A stretch of DNA of 64,000 nucleotides, from the NCBI GenBank assembly GCA_040767085.1, contig JAXGPF010000005.1, forward strand, positions 32,001 to 96,000, in the 5' to 3' direction. Of this stretch, positions 1 to 8,776 are shown piece after piece. Below the pieces are notes generated by a model. That model saw only the letters and a program-made list of their open reading frames with translations. It was not told the DNA's origin and did not search any database. This stretch comes from Kiritimatiellia bacterium (GTDB taxonomy: Bacteria; Verrucomicrobiota; Kiritimatiellia; JAAZAB01). Numbering within the stretch: position 1 is the first letter of the stretch; each line of letters begins with the position of its first letter. The position numbers and the translations under genes are program-made.

Positions 1-2
1 CC

Positions 3-1043
3 ACCATCAGCCTGAGCGTCCTGGTCGAGCGCTGGCTGCTTTTCCACTGGGAAATCCGCCTGGCCCGGCGCCGCCGGGCGGTCAACCGTGTGATCCTCCT
101 CGGCACCGACGCAATTGCCGCCCGGCTGCGCCAAGCCTTGCAGCGCGAGCCGCGCCTGCGCTCGGAAGTGGTGGCCTGCCTGAAAATCGGCGAAGCCCCA
201 ATCCATCCCGACATCCCTCCCGACCTGGTCAAAGGCACGCTCGAGGAAACGCGGGGCTTCCTGGAAAGCCACCTGGCCGACCAGGTGATTCTGACGGAAA
301 CCAGCATCGGCCATGACCAGATGCTGGAACTGCTGCTGTTGTGCGAACAGAATCTGGTGGTCTTCAATATCGTGCCTGACCTCTTCCGTATCATGACCAA
401 CAGCGTGGATTTGCGCATCATCGATGATATTCCCCTGCTGGGAGTCAGCCGCTGGCCGCTCGACCGTTTCTGGAACCGGCTTTTAAAGCGCTTGGAGGAT
501 GTGTTCGGCGCCACCCTGGGGCTGGCGGTAACCGCGCCGCTGATGCTGCTGATTGCCGCGGCCATCCGCCGCGATTCGCCCGGGCCCGTGCTTTTCCGCC
601 AGGAACGCTGCGGCGAACAGGGGCGGGTGTTCCAACTCTACAAGTTCCGCACCATGCGCCCGGATGCCGAGGCGGCGACCGGCCCGGTCTGGGCCGTGGC
701 CGATGATCCGCGGCGCACGCGCCTCGGCGCCTGGCTGCGGCGGAACAACCTGGATGAACTGCCGCAGTTATGGAACGTGCTCAAAGGGGAAATGAGCCTG
801 GTGGGTCCACGGCCCGAACGGCCGTGTTTCGTGGAGCAATTCAAGGAGGACATCAGCCGGTACATGTGGCGGCACGTCTCCAAGCCCGGCCTGACCGGCT
901 GGGCGCAGGTCAACGGCTTGCGGGGCAACACCGACATCCGCGAACGGGTCAAATACGACCTGTACTACCTGGAAAACTGGTCCCTGGCGTTCGATTTTAA
1001 AATCCTGATGAGAACCATCCACTGCCGCAAAAACGCCTACTGA
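3..1043 (+). CDS. Undecaprenyl-phosphate glucose phosphotransferase (WcaJ-like sugar transferase), 5'-truncated by window edge
   Basis: C-terminal Bac_transf motifs: [58 protein letters not shown]; frame open back to window start. Confidence 0.9.
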   Translation, partial: TISLSVLVERWLLFHWEIRLARRRRAVNRVILLGTDAIAARLRQALQREPRLRSEVVACLKIGEAPIHPDIPPDLVKGTLEETRGFLESHLADQVILTETSIGHDQMLELLLLCEQNLVVFNIVPDLFRIMTNSVDLRIIDDIPLLGVSRWPLDRFWNRLLKRLEDVFGATLGLAVTAPLMLLIAAAIRRDSPGPVLFRQERCGEQGRVFQLYKFRTMRPDAEAATGPVWAVADDPRRTRLGAWLRRNNLDELPQLWNVLKGEMSLVGPRPERPCFVEQFKEDISRYMWRHVSKPGLTGWAQVNGLRGNTDIRERVKYDLYYLENWSLAFDFKILMRTIHCRKNAY

Positions 1044-1069
1044 CCAGGTTGCTGGGAGCGTGAATCGAA

Positions 1070-1516
1070 ATGGAAAACCTCTGGCACAATCCAACCTTCT
1101 GGGCCGCATTATGCGGCTGGGTGGTGGCCCAACTCACCAAAATGATGTGTTTTTTCGCCGTCACCCGGCGCATCAAGCCCAGTTACCTGGTCAGCACCGG
1201 CGGCATGCCCAGCGCGCATTCCGCCATGGCAACGGCCCTGGCCACTTCCGTCGGCATTCGTTGCGGCATAGGCGCACCGCTGTTCGCCGTGACACTGGCG
1301 TTCGCCATCGTGGTAATGTTTGACGCGCAAAGCGTCCGCCGCGCCGCCGGCATTCAGGCGCGCATTATCAACCAGATGATTGACGAACTTTTCAAAAATC
1401 ACCGTCTTTCCGAAAAGCGGCTGGTGGAATTGCTGGGGCACACCCGACTGGAAGTTTTGACAGGGCTGCTGATGGGCATCCTGTCCGCCATGCTCGTCCA
1501 CGGGCTCATGGGCTGA
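1070..1516 (+). CDS. Divergent PAP2 family membrane protein (DUF212/YuiD-like)
   Basis: Motifs TGGMPSAHSA, VVMFDAQSVRRAAG and ELLGHTRLEV. Confidence 0.9.
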   Translation: MENLWHNPTFWAALCGWVVAQLTKMMCFFAVTRRIKPSYLVSTGGMPSAHSAMATALATSVGIRCGIGAPLFAVTLAFAIVVMFDAQSVRRAAGIQARIINQMIDELFKNHRLSEKRLVELLGHTRLEVLTGLLMGILSAMLVHGLMG

Positions 1517-2345
1517 GGCGCCCGATACGCCGGCGGTGCGCCAGCGCCGGCAGGCAACTCCGCGCCCGCTGCAAAGTCTCCGGCAGGAGCGTCGCGCTGA
1601 CGAATCCCTCCCGCGCGCCGCCATCCGCCAGCACGCGTCCCCAGGGATCCACCGCCAGGCTATGCCCGTAGGCGGCGACGCCGTCGGCCGGATTGGCGCC
1701 GCACTGGTTGGGCGCCAGCACATAAGCTTGATTTTCGATGGCGCGCGCGCGCAGCAAAACCTCCCAGTGCGCGCGCCCGGTGGCGCGCGTGAAGTTGGCC
1801 GGCACGCACAGCATATGCGCACCCGCTGCGGCGTAGCACCGGAACAATTCCGGGAAACGCAAGTCGTAGCAGACGGACATCCCGCACAGCCAGCCTTCAA
1901 TCCGCGCCAGCACGGGCCGCGCTCCAGGCGTGTACACGGAGCTTTCCCGCACGGCGCGCCCGCCGGGCAACTGCGCGTCAAAGAGATGAATTTTACGGTA
2001 GCGGGCCGCCAACCGGCCCCGGCGGTCGAACAGCAAACTGGTGTTGTAAACCCGCGCGTGTTCCTTCTCCGCCAGGCTGCCGGCCAGCACCCAGGCGCGC
2101 CGGCGGCGCGCCCATCCCGCCGCCCAGGCGCACCAGGCGCCGGGCACGGCTTCCGCGGCGGCGCGTTGGACGGCCGGCGCGGCGCGCAACGCGAAACATT
2201 CCGGCAGGAGCAGCAGGTCGGCCGGCGGGGCCGCGGCGAGCAATTCGTCCAAACGCCGTAAATTCGCCGCCGGATCGTCGCCGGCGGCATTCTGCACCAG
2301 GCTTACCCGCAGCGGGCGCCGCGGCTCTGGCAAAACATCACGCAT
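1506..2345 (-). CDS. Carbon-nitrogen hydrolase (Nit1-like amidase)
   Basis: Catalytic E-K-C motifs LLPECF, YRKIHLFD and VCYDLRFPE, plus RARAIENQ; start taken at MRDVLPE. Confidence 0.9.
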   Translation of the reverse strand: MRDVLPEPRRPLRVSLVQNAAGDDPAANLRRLDELLAAAPPADLLLLPECFALRAAPAVQRAAAEAVPGAWCAWAAGWARRRRAWVLAGSLAEKEHARVYNTSLLFDRRGRLAARYRKIHLFDAQLPGGRAVRESSVYTPGARPVLARIEGWLCGMSVCYDLRFPELFRCYAAAGAHMLCVPANFTRATGRAHWEVLLRARAIENQAYVLAPNQCGANPADGVAAYGHSLAVDPWGRVLADGGAREGFVSATLLPETLQRARSCLPALAHRRRIGRLSP

Positions 2346-2371
2346 GGCGGAACATGCCCAAAAACCGGGAG

Positions 2372-2407
2372 AAAAAAAGGGCCGCGCCCGTCGCCGGGGC
2401 GGCCCTT
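2372..2407 (-). terminator. Intrinsic terminator after HU gene
   Basis: Minus strand AAGGGCCGC...GCGGCCC followed by T7 just after the HU stop codon. Confidence 0.8.
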
Positions 2408-2431
2408 GTCCGATAAGGTTCGCTGCAATTT

Positions 2432-2716
2432 TCAACCAAGCACTGCATCCTTGGCCGCTTTGGCAATCCGGAATTTCAGCACGCGTTTAGCCTTGATCTT
2501 GATGGTCTCGCCCGTCGCCGGGTTGCGGCCCATGCGCGCCTTACGGTTGACGATCACCAGCTTGCCCAAGCCGGGAATGGTAAAACCGTTCTTGGCTTCC
2601 TTGCACGCCATGGTCACCAGCGTCTCCAGCATCATTGCCGCCTGCTTCTTGGTGATCTCCGTCTTCTCCGCCAATTCCGCGACGATCTGACTTTTGGTTT
2701 TCGCTTTGCCTGCCAT
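2432..2716 (-). CDS. hup: DNA-binding protein HU
   Basis: 94 aa basic protein with KSQIVAELAE, IPGLGKL and RMGRNPATGETIKI; SD AAGGAG upstream. Confidence 0.95.
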   Translation of the reverse strand: MAGKAKTKSQIVAELAEKTEITKKQAAMMLETLVTMACKEAKNGFTIPGLGKLVIVNRKARMGRNPATGETIKIKAKRVLKFRIAKAAKDAVLG

Positions 2717-2854
2717 GGAGCATCTCCTTTGGTTGGTTAAACAAACAAGGTCAAGGGCTGCCCAGCACCTTTACTTGGCATACATATATTGAGTTTTCTA
2801 GAAAAAAGCAAATAAATTCTTCACCTTTTTTGAAGACCGGGCCCGGCGCGCGTT

Positions 2855-3826
2855 TTAAAGAATTTTGAACTTCGGCAAATCCTGGATATCCACCAGGCCG
2901 ATCAACCGTCCATCCGCGTCCACCACCAGCAAATCGTCAATATTGTGCTCTTCGTACAATTTCAGCGCCGCCACCGCCAGGTCGTCCCCGCGCACGGTCA
3001 ACGGATGCGCGGTCATCACCTCGCATACCCGGCGCGACGGCAGGTCCGCCGCCTCGCCGATCAGCCGGCGCAAATCGCCGTCGGTGAAAATTCCCGCCGC
3101 CCGCCCCGCGTCATCCACCACGCCCACGGAACCCGAACGCGCGCGGGTCATGGCCAGGATGGCGTCCTTGAGTGTAGCCTGCAACGGGACGGCGGCCAGG
3201 CGTTCGCCCGCGCGCATGATGTCCGCCACGCGCAGCAGCAGCGCCCGTCCGATGGCGCCGCCGGGATGCAGCTTGGCGAAATCCTCGCGTTTAAAACCGC
3301 GCGCCTCCAGCAACACGATCGCCAGGGCGTCGCCCACGGCCAGCATCGCGGTCGTGCTGGCCGTCGGCGCCATGTTAAACGGACAAGCTTCGCGCGCTAC
3401 CCGCATAACGACAACCGCATCGCTCAGCCGCGCCAGCGCGCTTTCCGGCATGCCCGTCAGGGCCACGATCCCGGCCCCCTGCCGGCGCACCACGGGCAGC
3501 ATTTCCAGCAGTTCTCCGGACTCGCCGGAAAAGCTCAACCCCAGCAGCACGTCGTGCCGGTTGAGGATACCGATATCGCCATGCATGGCCTGCGCCGGAT
3601 GAATGGCCACACTGGGCGACCCCGTGCTGGCCAGCGTCGCCGCGATTTTCTGCCCCACCAGAAAACTCTTGCCGACGCCGGCCACCACGATTTTGCCGCC
3701 ATCCGCCAGACGCTGCAGCATCAACTCCGCCGCGCGGCTGAACCCGACATCCAGATTATCGCTGACCCGCTGCAGTTCCTCGATTTCGATCTGCAGGACA
3801 TTGCGGGCCCGTTCCAGGATTTTCAT
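2855..3826 (-). CDS. kdsD: Arabinose-5-phosphate isomerase KdsD (KpsF/GutQ; SIS + 2 CBS)
   Basis: GVGKS, LASTG, AMHGDIG, APTASTTA, LHPGGAIG and C-terminal CBS pair (FTDGDLRR). Confidence 0.92.
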   Translation of the reverse strand: MKILERARNVLQIEIEELQRVSDNLDVGFSRAAELMLQRLADGGKIVVAGVGKSFLVGQKIAATLASTGSPSVAIHPAQAMHGDIGILNRHDVLLGLSFSGESGELLEMLPVVRRQGAGIVALTGMPESALARLSDAVVVMRVAREACPFNMAPTASTTAMLAVGDALAIVLLEARGFKREDFAKLHPGGAIGRALLLRVADIMRAGERLAAVPLQATLKDAILAMTRARSGSVGVVDDAGRAAGIFTDGDLRRLIGEAADLPSRRVCEVMTAHPLTVRGDDLAVAALKLYEEHNIDDLLVVDADGRLIGLVDIQDLPKFKIL

Positions 3827-3890
3827 AGCTTGTATTTCCTCCGCGCGGCGGCCAGCCGCACGCCTGCCGCCGGCGCGCGCGGTTGGAAGC

Positions 3891-3919
3891 ATACTACGCC
3901 AAGCCGGCCGGCAAAGCAA
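3891..3919 (-). promoter_or_regulatory. Putative sigma70 promoter of kdsD
   Basis: TTGCTT-17 bp-TAGTAT on minus strand, 65 bp before the start codon. Confidence 0.55.
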
Positions 3920-3982
3920 GCTTTCGGAATTCCCGCGGCGGGCAGTTTAAATTTGACCGGCCGGACACATCCCCGAAAAACC

Positions 3983-5368
3983 TGTCGTAAACAAATGACT
4001 TGGCCGCATAATTAACAAATGATTTGTCCGCTTAAAGCTGTCAGGATGGTGCATTCAAAGGGGGGTTATATGGATGAATATCCGAAGGCAGCACTGGAGC
4101 GGGCAATGAAGGTACAGGAAGTGATCTTGCGTGCGATTGAAGGGCGGTTAATGTGGTGGGAGGCGGCGGAGATACTAGGTGTGAGCTACCGGACCATGCG
4201 GCGCTGGAAAGGGCGCTACGAGCGGTATGGTTACGACGGGCTGCTGGATCGTCGGCGGAAGATACCGGGGCCGCGGCGCGTGCCCCTTGCGACGGTGAAG
4301 CAGGTGCTGAGGTTGTACCGAGAAGAATACATGGATTTCAATGTGAGGCATTTTCACGAGAAGCTGCAGGCGGAGCATGGGATCGAGCTCAGTTATCAGT
4401 GGGTCAAGAGCGCCTTGCAGACGGCCGGGTTGGTGGCGAAGGCCCGGAAACGAGGGCCGCATCGGCAGCAGCGGGAACGGCGACCAATGGCGGGGATGAT
4501 GTTGATGGTGGATGGCAGCACCCATGCCTGGTTGCCCCTGCTGGCGGGCCAGAAGCAGGATCTGATCCTGGTGATGGACGATGCCACCAGCGAAGTCTAC
4601 ACGGCCTATCTTGTGCCCCAGGAAGGGACATTAACGGTGATGAAGGGGTTGAAAGAAGTCATTATTAAACATGGGGTTTTCTGCAGTCTGTACACGGATC
4701 GTGGCAGTCATTTCTTTTATACGCCCAAAGAAGGCGGGGCGGTGGACCGGCGTCAATTGACGCAAATTGGACGGGCGTTGCAACAGTTGGGGATCGAACA
4801 TATTCCGAGCTATAGCCCCCAGGGACGTGGGCGAATAGAGCGGATGTTTAAGACCTGGCAAGGGCGCCTGCCGCAGGAATTAAGGCAGGCGGGAATCCGG
4901 ACGATGGCCGAGGCCAACGTCTATATTCAACAACAGTTTCTGCCTTCCTTCAATCGCAACATGAAGGTGAAGGCGCGGGAAACAGGAACGTGTTTCGTGC
5001 CTTGCGGTGAGCAGGATTTGGACAGCATTTTCTGTGTGCAGCATGCGCGAGAGGTTCAAAATGACAATACCGTGGCTGTCGGGAGTCGCCGCTTGCAGAT
5101 TGGACCATCAAAATGGCGTTTCAGCTTCGCCAAGTGCCGGGTTAAAGTCTGCGAGCACCTCGATGGCACGGTGTCCATCCGTTATGGCCCGCATGTGGTT
5201 GGCCGCTACCAAGGACCGTTGAACATTTCGGCGTCGCTGGAGGACGTCGCATAAACTTTTTCCTCCCCCGCGGGGGAGGAAAATCCTCACCCCAGGAGCA
5301 ACAACACACAATAACAAATCGGACAGATCACTTGTTACAAAAAGCGGACACTTGACTTGTTACGAACA
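3983..5368 (+). mobile_element. IS1202-family-like insertion sequence, copy 1 (1386 bp)
   Basis: Ends TGTCGTAAAC.../...GTTACGAACA; 15-bp direct repeat CATCCCCGAAAAACC at 3968-3982 and 5369-5383; same element occurs three times in the window. Confidence 0.93.
4070..5254 (+). CDS. DDE transposase (HTH + integrase core; IS1202/ISNCY-like)
   Basis: N-terminal HTH (EAAEILGVSYRTMRRWK); DDE in MVDGS, YTDRGS and GRIERMF; start after GGGGG SD. Confidence 0.93.
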   Translation: MDEYPKAALERAMKVQEVILRAIEGRLMWWEAAEILGVSYRTMRRWKGRYERYGYDGLLDRRRKIPGPRRVPLATVKQVLRLYREEYMDFNVRHFHEKLQAEHGIELSYQWVKSALQTAGLVAKARKRGPHRQQRERRPMAGMMLMVDGSTHAWLPLLAGQKQDLILVMDDATSEVYTAYLVPQEGTLTVMKGLKEVIIKHGVFCSLYTDRGSHFFYTPKEGGAVDRRQLTQIGRALQQLGIEHIPSYSPQGRGRIERMFKTWQGRLPQELRQAGIRTMAEANVYIQQQFLPSFNRNMKVKARETGTCFVPCGEQDLDSIFCVQHAREVQNDNTVAVGSRRLQIGPSKWRFSFAKCRVKVCEHLDGTVSIRYGPHVVGRYQGPLNISASLEDVA

Positions 5369-5383
5369 CATCCCCGAAAAACC

Positions 5384-5412
5384 TTGCCAACTTCCCGGCA
5401 ATCCGGCATGAT
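5384..5412 (+). promoter_or_regulatory. Putative sigma70 promoter of ClpX-like gene, flush with IS target duplication
   Basis: TTGCCA-17 bp-CATGAT, 43 bp before ATG 5456. Confidence 0.55.
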
Positions 5413-5455
5413 TTAATTTCCATTTGGGAACCGAATAACCGCGCGAACCAGTCTG

Positions 5456-7069
5456 ATGAACTCCTCCGAAAAAAAAGATCCAGAGGCGCCGGCCGATCCG
5501 CTGGTAGACCTGCAGCGTCAATTCCAGGACGCCATGCGGCATTATAACCTCGACGGCATGTTTCCCGGGGCCGGGTCCGACCCGGCCCCGTCGGTCAAAC
5601 CGGCCGCGCCGCCGCCCGACCCGTTGCGCTGCATCCGGGAATTCAATCACAAGCCCCGCGAAATCAGGGACTATCTGGACCGTTTCGTCATTCAGCAGGC
5701 GGACGCCAAAAAAGTGCTCGCCGTGGCCATCTGCGACCATTACAATCATGCCCGGCAATGCATCGAAAATCCGGCCCTGCGCGAACGGGAATACGCCAAG
5801 CAAAATGTGATTCTCCTGGGCCCCACCGGCGTAGGCAAGACCTACCTCATCCGCTGCATCTCCCGGCTGATCGGCGTGCCGTTCGTCAAGTCCGACGCCA
5901 CCAAGTTTTCCGAAACCGGCTATGTGGGCCATGACGTCGAGGATCTGGTCCGCGACCTGGTCAAGGCCGCCGACGGCGACGTAGACCTGGCGCAATACGG
6001 CATCATTTACATTGACGAAATCGATAAAATCGCCGCCGCCGGCAATGCCGGGACGCGCGACGTCTCCGGGCGCGGCGTGCAGGTGAACCTGCTCAAGCTG
6101 ATGGAGGACACTGATGTCAGCCTCCAAAGCCAGACCGACCTCCTGGGCCAGATGGAAGCCATCATGCAACTGCAGCGCAGCGGCAAGCCGCCCAAACGCA
6201 CCATCAATACCCGCCACATCCTCTTCATCGTCAGCGGCGCTTTCGACGCGCTGGGCGAGCTGGTAAAAAAAAGACTGCAGGCCGGCGCAATCGGATTTGC
6301 CGCCGCCGGCCGCGCCACGCGGTCCGACAGCGAATGGCTGAAAAAGGCGGGCACCGCCGATTTCATCCAGGCCGGGTTCGAGCCGGAATTCGTCGGCCGC
6401 CTGCCGGTGCGCGTGGTCTGCGACGGCTTGACCGCCGCCGACCTGGAGCAGATCATGCTTACGGCGGAGGACAGCATCCTGACGCAATACCGCCGGGACT
6501 TCGCGGGGTACGGCATTGACTTCAGCCTGACCCGCGAAGCCATCGGCGCCATCGCCCAGCGGGCGGACGGCGAGCGCACCGGCGCGCGCGGGCTGATGAC
6601 GGTCATGGAGCGGATTTTCCGGAACTTCAAGTTCGAGTTGCCGTCCACCGCCGTCAAATCACTGGAAGCCTCGACCGACACCATCGCCGACCCGGACGCG
6701 GCCCTGGCCGCCCTGTTGCGCGCCAACCTGCACGCGCAGGCGGGGCTGCTGAAGAAGGAAGTCGCCGCCTTCGCCGAGCGCTTCCGCCACGAACACGGCC
6801 TGGAACTGGTTTTCGAAGAATCCGCCATCTGTGCGCTGGCCGACCTGAGCCTCCAGAAAGACCGGACGGTGCGCGCCATCTGCGAAGAAAAATTCCGCGA
6901 CTTCCAGCACGGCCTGAAGCTGATCGCCAACAACACCGGCCAGACCCGGTTCGTCATCAACGACGCCATGCTGGCTGCGCCCGACCGCGAACTATCCCAA
7001 TGGATCGTGGCGAGTTTCAAAGCCGTCCGGAACAAGCCGGCGCCCGCCGGCCCGCCGGAAGCGGTTTAA
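5456..7069 (+). CDS. ClpX-like AAA+ ATPase (no zinc-binding domain, extended C-terminus)
   Basis: Walker A GPTGVGKT, pore loop ETGYVG, Walker B IYIDEIDK, RDVSGRGVQ, IGF loop, PEFVGRLP, TGARGL. Confidence 0.88.
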   Translation: MNSSEKKDPEAPADPLVDLQRQFQDAMRHYNLDGMFPGAGSDPAPSVKPAAPPPDPLRCIREFNHKPREIRDYLDRFVIQQADAKKVLAVAICDHYNHARQCIENPALREREYAKQNVILLGPTGVGKTYLIRCISRLIGVPFVKSDATKFSETGYVGHDVEDLVRDLVKAADGDVDLAQYGIIYIDEIDKIAAAGNAGTRDVSGRGVQVNLLKLMEDTDVSLQSQTDLLGQMEAIMQLQRSGKPPKRTINTRHILFIVSGAFDALGELVKKRLQAGAIGFAAAGRATRSDSEWLKKAGTADFIQAGFEPEFVGRLPVRVVCDGLTAADLEQIMLTAEDSILTQYRRDFAGYGIDFSLTREAIGAIAQRADGERTGARGLMTVMERIFRNFKFELPSTAVKSLEASTDTIADPDAALAALLRANLHAQAGLLKKEVAAFAERFRHEHGLELVFEESAICALADLSLQKDRTVRAICEEKFRDFQHGLKLIANNTGQTRFVINDAMLAAPDRELSQWIVASFKAVRNKPAPAGPPEAV

Positions 7070-7103
7070 TCCGGCGGCGAATCCGGCGCGTCGAACCAGC
7101 CGT

Positions 7104-8531
7104 TCACCGCAGTTTGAACAATGCGCCCCGCGGAATAGTTTCATAGGCGCCCATATCCACAATACCGGAAAATCGGTCCCGGCGCACAAATCCCGCAAGA
7201 TCCACGGCGCCGGTCATCCAATCCATGTTGGTACCGGCGTTGACGCCCGGCGACTGCGCATCCAGCCGGAAAGATTCATCGCTGAATAACGGCGGACTGG
7301 TTATATTGCCTTCGCCAGAACCCATCTCAGACGCGGGATATGAACAGGAATACACCACACCGCCGGTCAGTGCGGCTCCGCTCAAGTTAAGATTAGACTG
7401 CAACCCCGCCGCATTATTGTAAATGACGCAATTGACGGCGTGGACGCCGCTGACCTCCGCCGTGGTCACGCCGATATACAATCCCCCCCCGCTGGTGGTT
7501 GCCGCGTTTGACACAATCGTGCAATTGGCCAGTGAATTGCCGTTGTCGCGGTTTTGCGCCGCACAGTAGATTCCGCCGCCATAGGGCGCCGAGTTATAAG
7601 CGAACACATTATTGCGCAACACGATGCGGCAGGCATCGCCGCGAATGTATAATCCGCCGCCGTAGTAATAACCGGCGCGGGTCACCAGATTGCTTATGAT
7701 CCGGCAATTTTCAATCACTGCCTCCCCGGACGCGGCGGCGCCATAATAACAGTACATCCCCCCTCCCTGATTGGTTGCCGCGTTACAGGCGATAGTAGAA
7801 TTAGCCACCACCCCCTCCATTTTCAAATGGATGCCGCCGCCATACAAGCCGGCATTAGCAAAGATCACGCAATTGGAGATGAAACCGTTTTGCTCCACAA
7901 ACACGCCGCCGCCATAATTGGGACACCGATTGGAAATGATGGAGCATTCGATTAACGCGCCGCTTTCCCGGATCAGCACTCCGCCGCCGCCATAGGAAGT
8001 ATCCCGTTCGGACAAATTATTAAAAATGCTGCACCTTTCCACCCGGGCCAACGGCCCGTTCAGGCAGACGCCCCCGCCATGCAGCCCGACATTTTCTTTT
8101 ACCCGGCAATCGCGAAGCATTCCGGCAGAAATATAAACGCCGCCGCCATAAACTGCAGAATTGGCCGAGCCATTGCTGATGGTAAAACCGGTGACTACGG
8201 CATTGGAATGGCTGATGTTCAGACAGCGCACCGAAGCCTTGCCGTCTATCGATGTCTGCTCGGTGCCAGCGGCGCCGACCAGCCTAACGCCTTTGCTGAC
8301 CGCCAATTCAGCTTCCAGAAAATATACGCCGTTGGATACCAGAATCATATCATCTGTCAGGGACTGATCCAGGGCATTGCTGATCGTACGCAAGGCCGTC
8401 GGCCAGTTCGTGCCGTCCGCCCCATCCTGTCCCAAAGTCGAAACATACCATGTAGTTGCACCGCGGCCGGGCAGCGGCATCCCCAACCCTATAATCCATG
8501 CTAATGTCAGACAGCGCTGTAGTGCTTGCAT
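7104..8531 (-). CDS. Secreted right-handed parallel beta-helix repeat protein
   Basis: Signal peptide; TWYVS..G.DGADG start; many (Y)GGGxY / NCxIxxN repeats; FRLDAQSP...VDMGAYE tail. Confidence 0.8.
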   Translation of the reverse strand: MQALQRCLTLAWIIGLGMPLPGRGATTWYVSTLGQDGADGTNWPTALRTISNALDQSLTDDMILVSNGVYFLEAELAVSKGVRLVGAAGTEQTSIDGKASVRCLNISHSNAVVTGFTISNGSANSAVYGGGVYISAGMLRDCRVKENVGLHGGGVCLNGPLARVERCSIFNNLSERDTSYGGGGVLIRESGALIECSIISNRCPNYGGGVFVEQNGFISNCVIFANAGLYGGGIHLKMEGVVANSTIACNAATNQGGGMYCYYGAAASGEAVIENCRIISNLVTRAGYYYGGGLYIRGDACRIVLRNNVFAYNSAPYGGGIYCAAQNRDNGNSLANCTIVSNAATTSGGGLYIGVTTAEVSGVHAVNCVIYNNAAGLQSNLNLSGAALTGGVVYSCSYPASEMGSGEGNITSPPLFSDESFRLDAQSPGVNAGTNMDWMTGAVDLAGFVRRDRFSGIVDMGAYETIPRGALFKLR

Positions 8532-8564
8532 CTCTATCCTTTCTCGTTGGCTACAACCTAAACC

Positions 8565-8580
8565 GCCAATGGCATGCCAG
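8565..8580 (-). promoter_or_regulatory. Possible sigma54 (-24/-12) promoter
   Basis: Minus strand CTGGCATG-CCAT-TGGC with correct GG-N10-GC spacing, 33 bp before the 8531 start. Confidence 0.4.
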
Positions 8581-8776
8581 AAACAGTTTGCTATTTAAGT
8601 TAATTTCAAAGTCCGCTGGTCTATAATGCCTCAAGCTGACACTAACTGACTTTTATACAAGTTAATCGCCACCTGATTTAAGAATTATAACAAACGAAAA
8701 CCAGGGACGGCAAATATTTCCCATGTTGTGAGCAAACAAATCGTCCAGTTTGAGACTCTTGCACGTGGCTCGCATT

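Noticed and set aside
3968-3982. IS targets as dif/XerCD sites, as in another IS1202 subgroup
   Set aside because: No XerD-like TTATGTTAAAT arm next to any of the three insertions, and the duplications are 15-16 bp rather than ~5 bp
4019-4069. Longer N-terminus of the IS transposase in the ORF track
   Set aside because: It starts inside the terminal binding-site repeats; ATG 4070 has a G-rich SD and is the more plausible start
8725-8740. lac-operator-like TTGTGAGCAAACAA
   Set aside because: Only a half-site match and no LacI-family gene nearby
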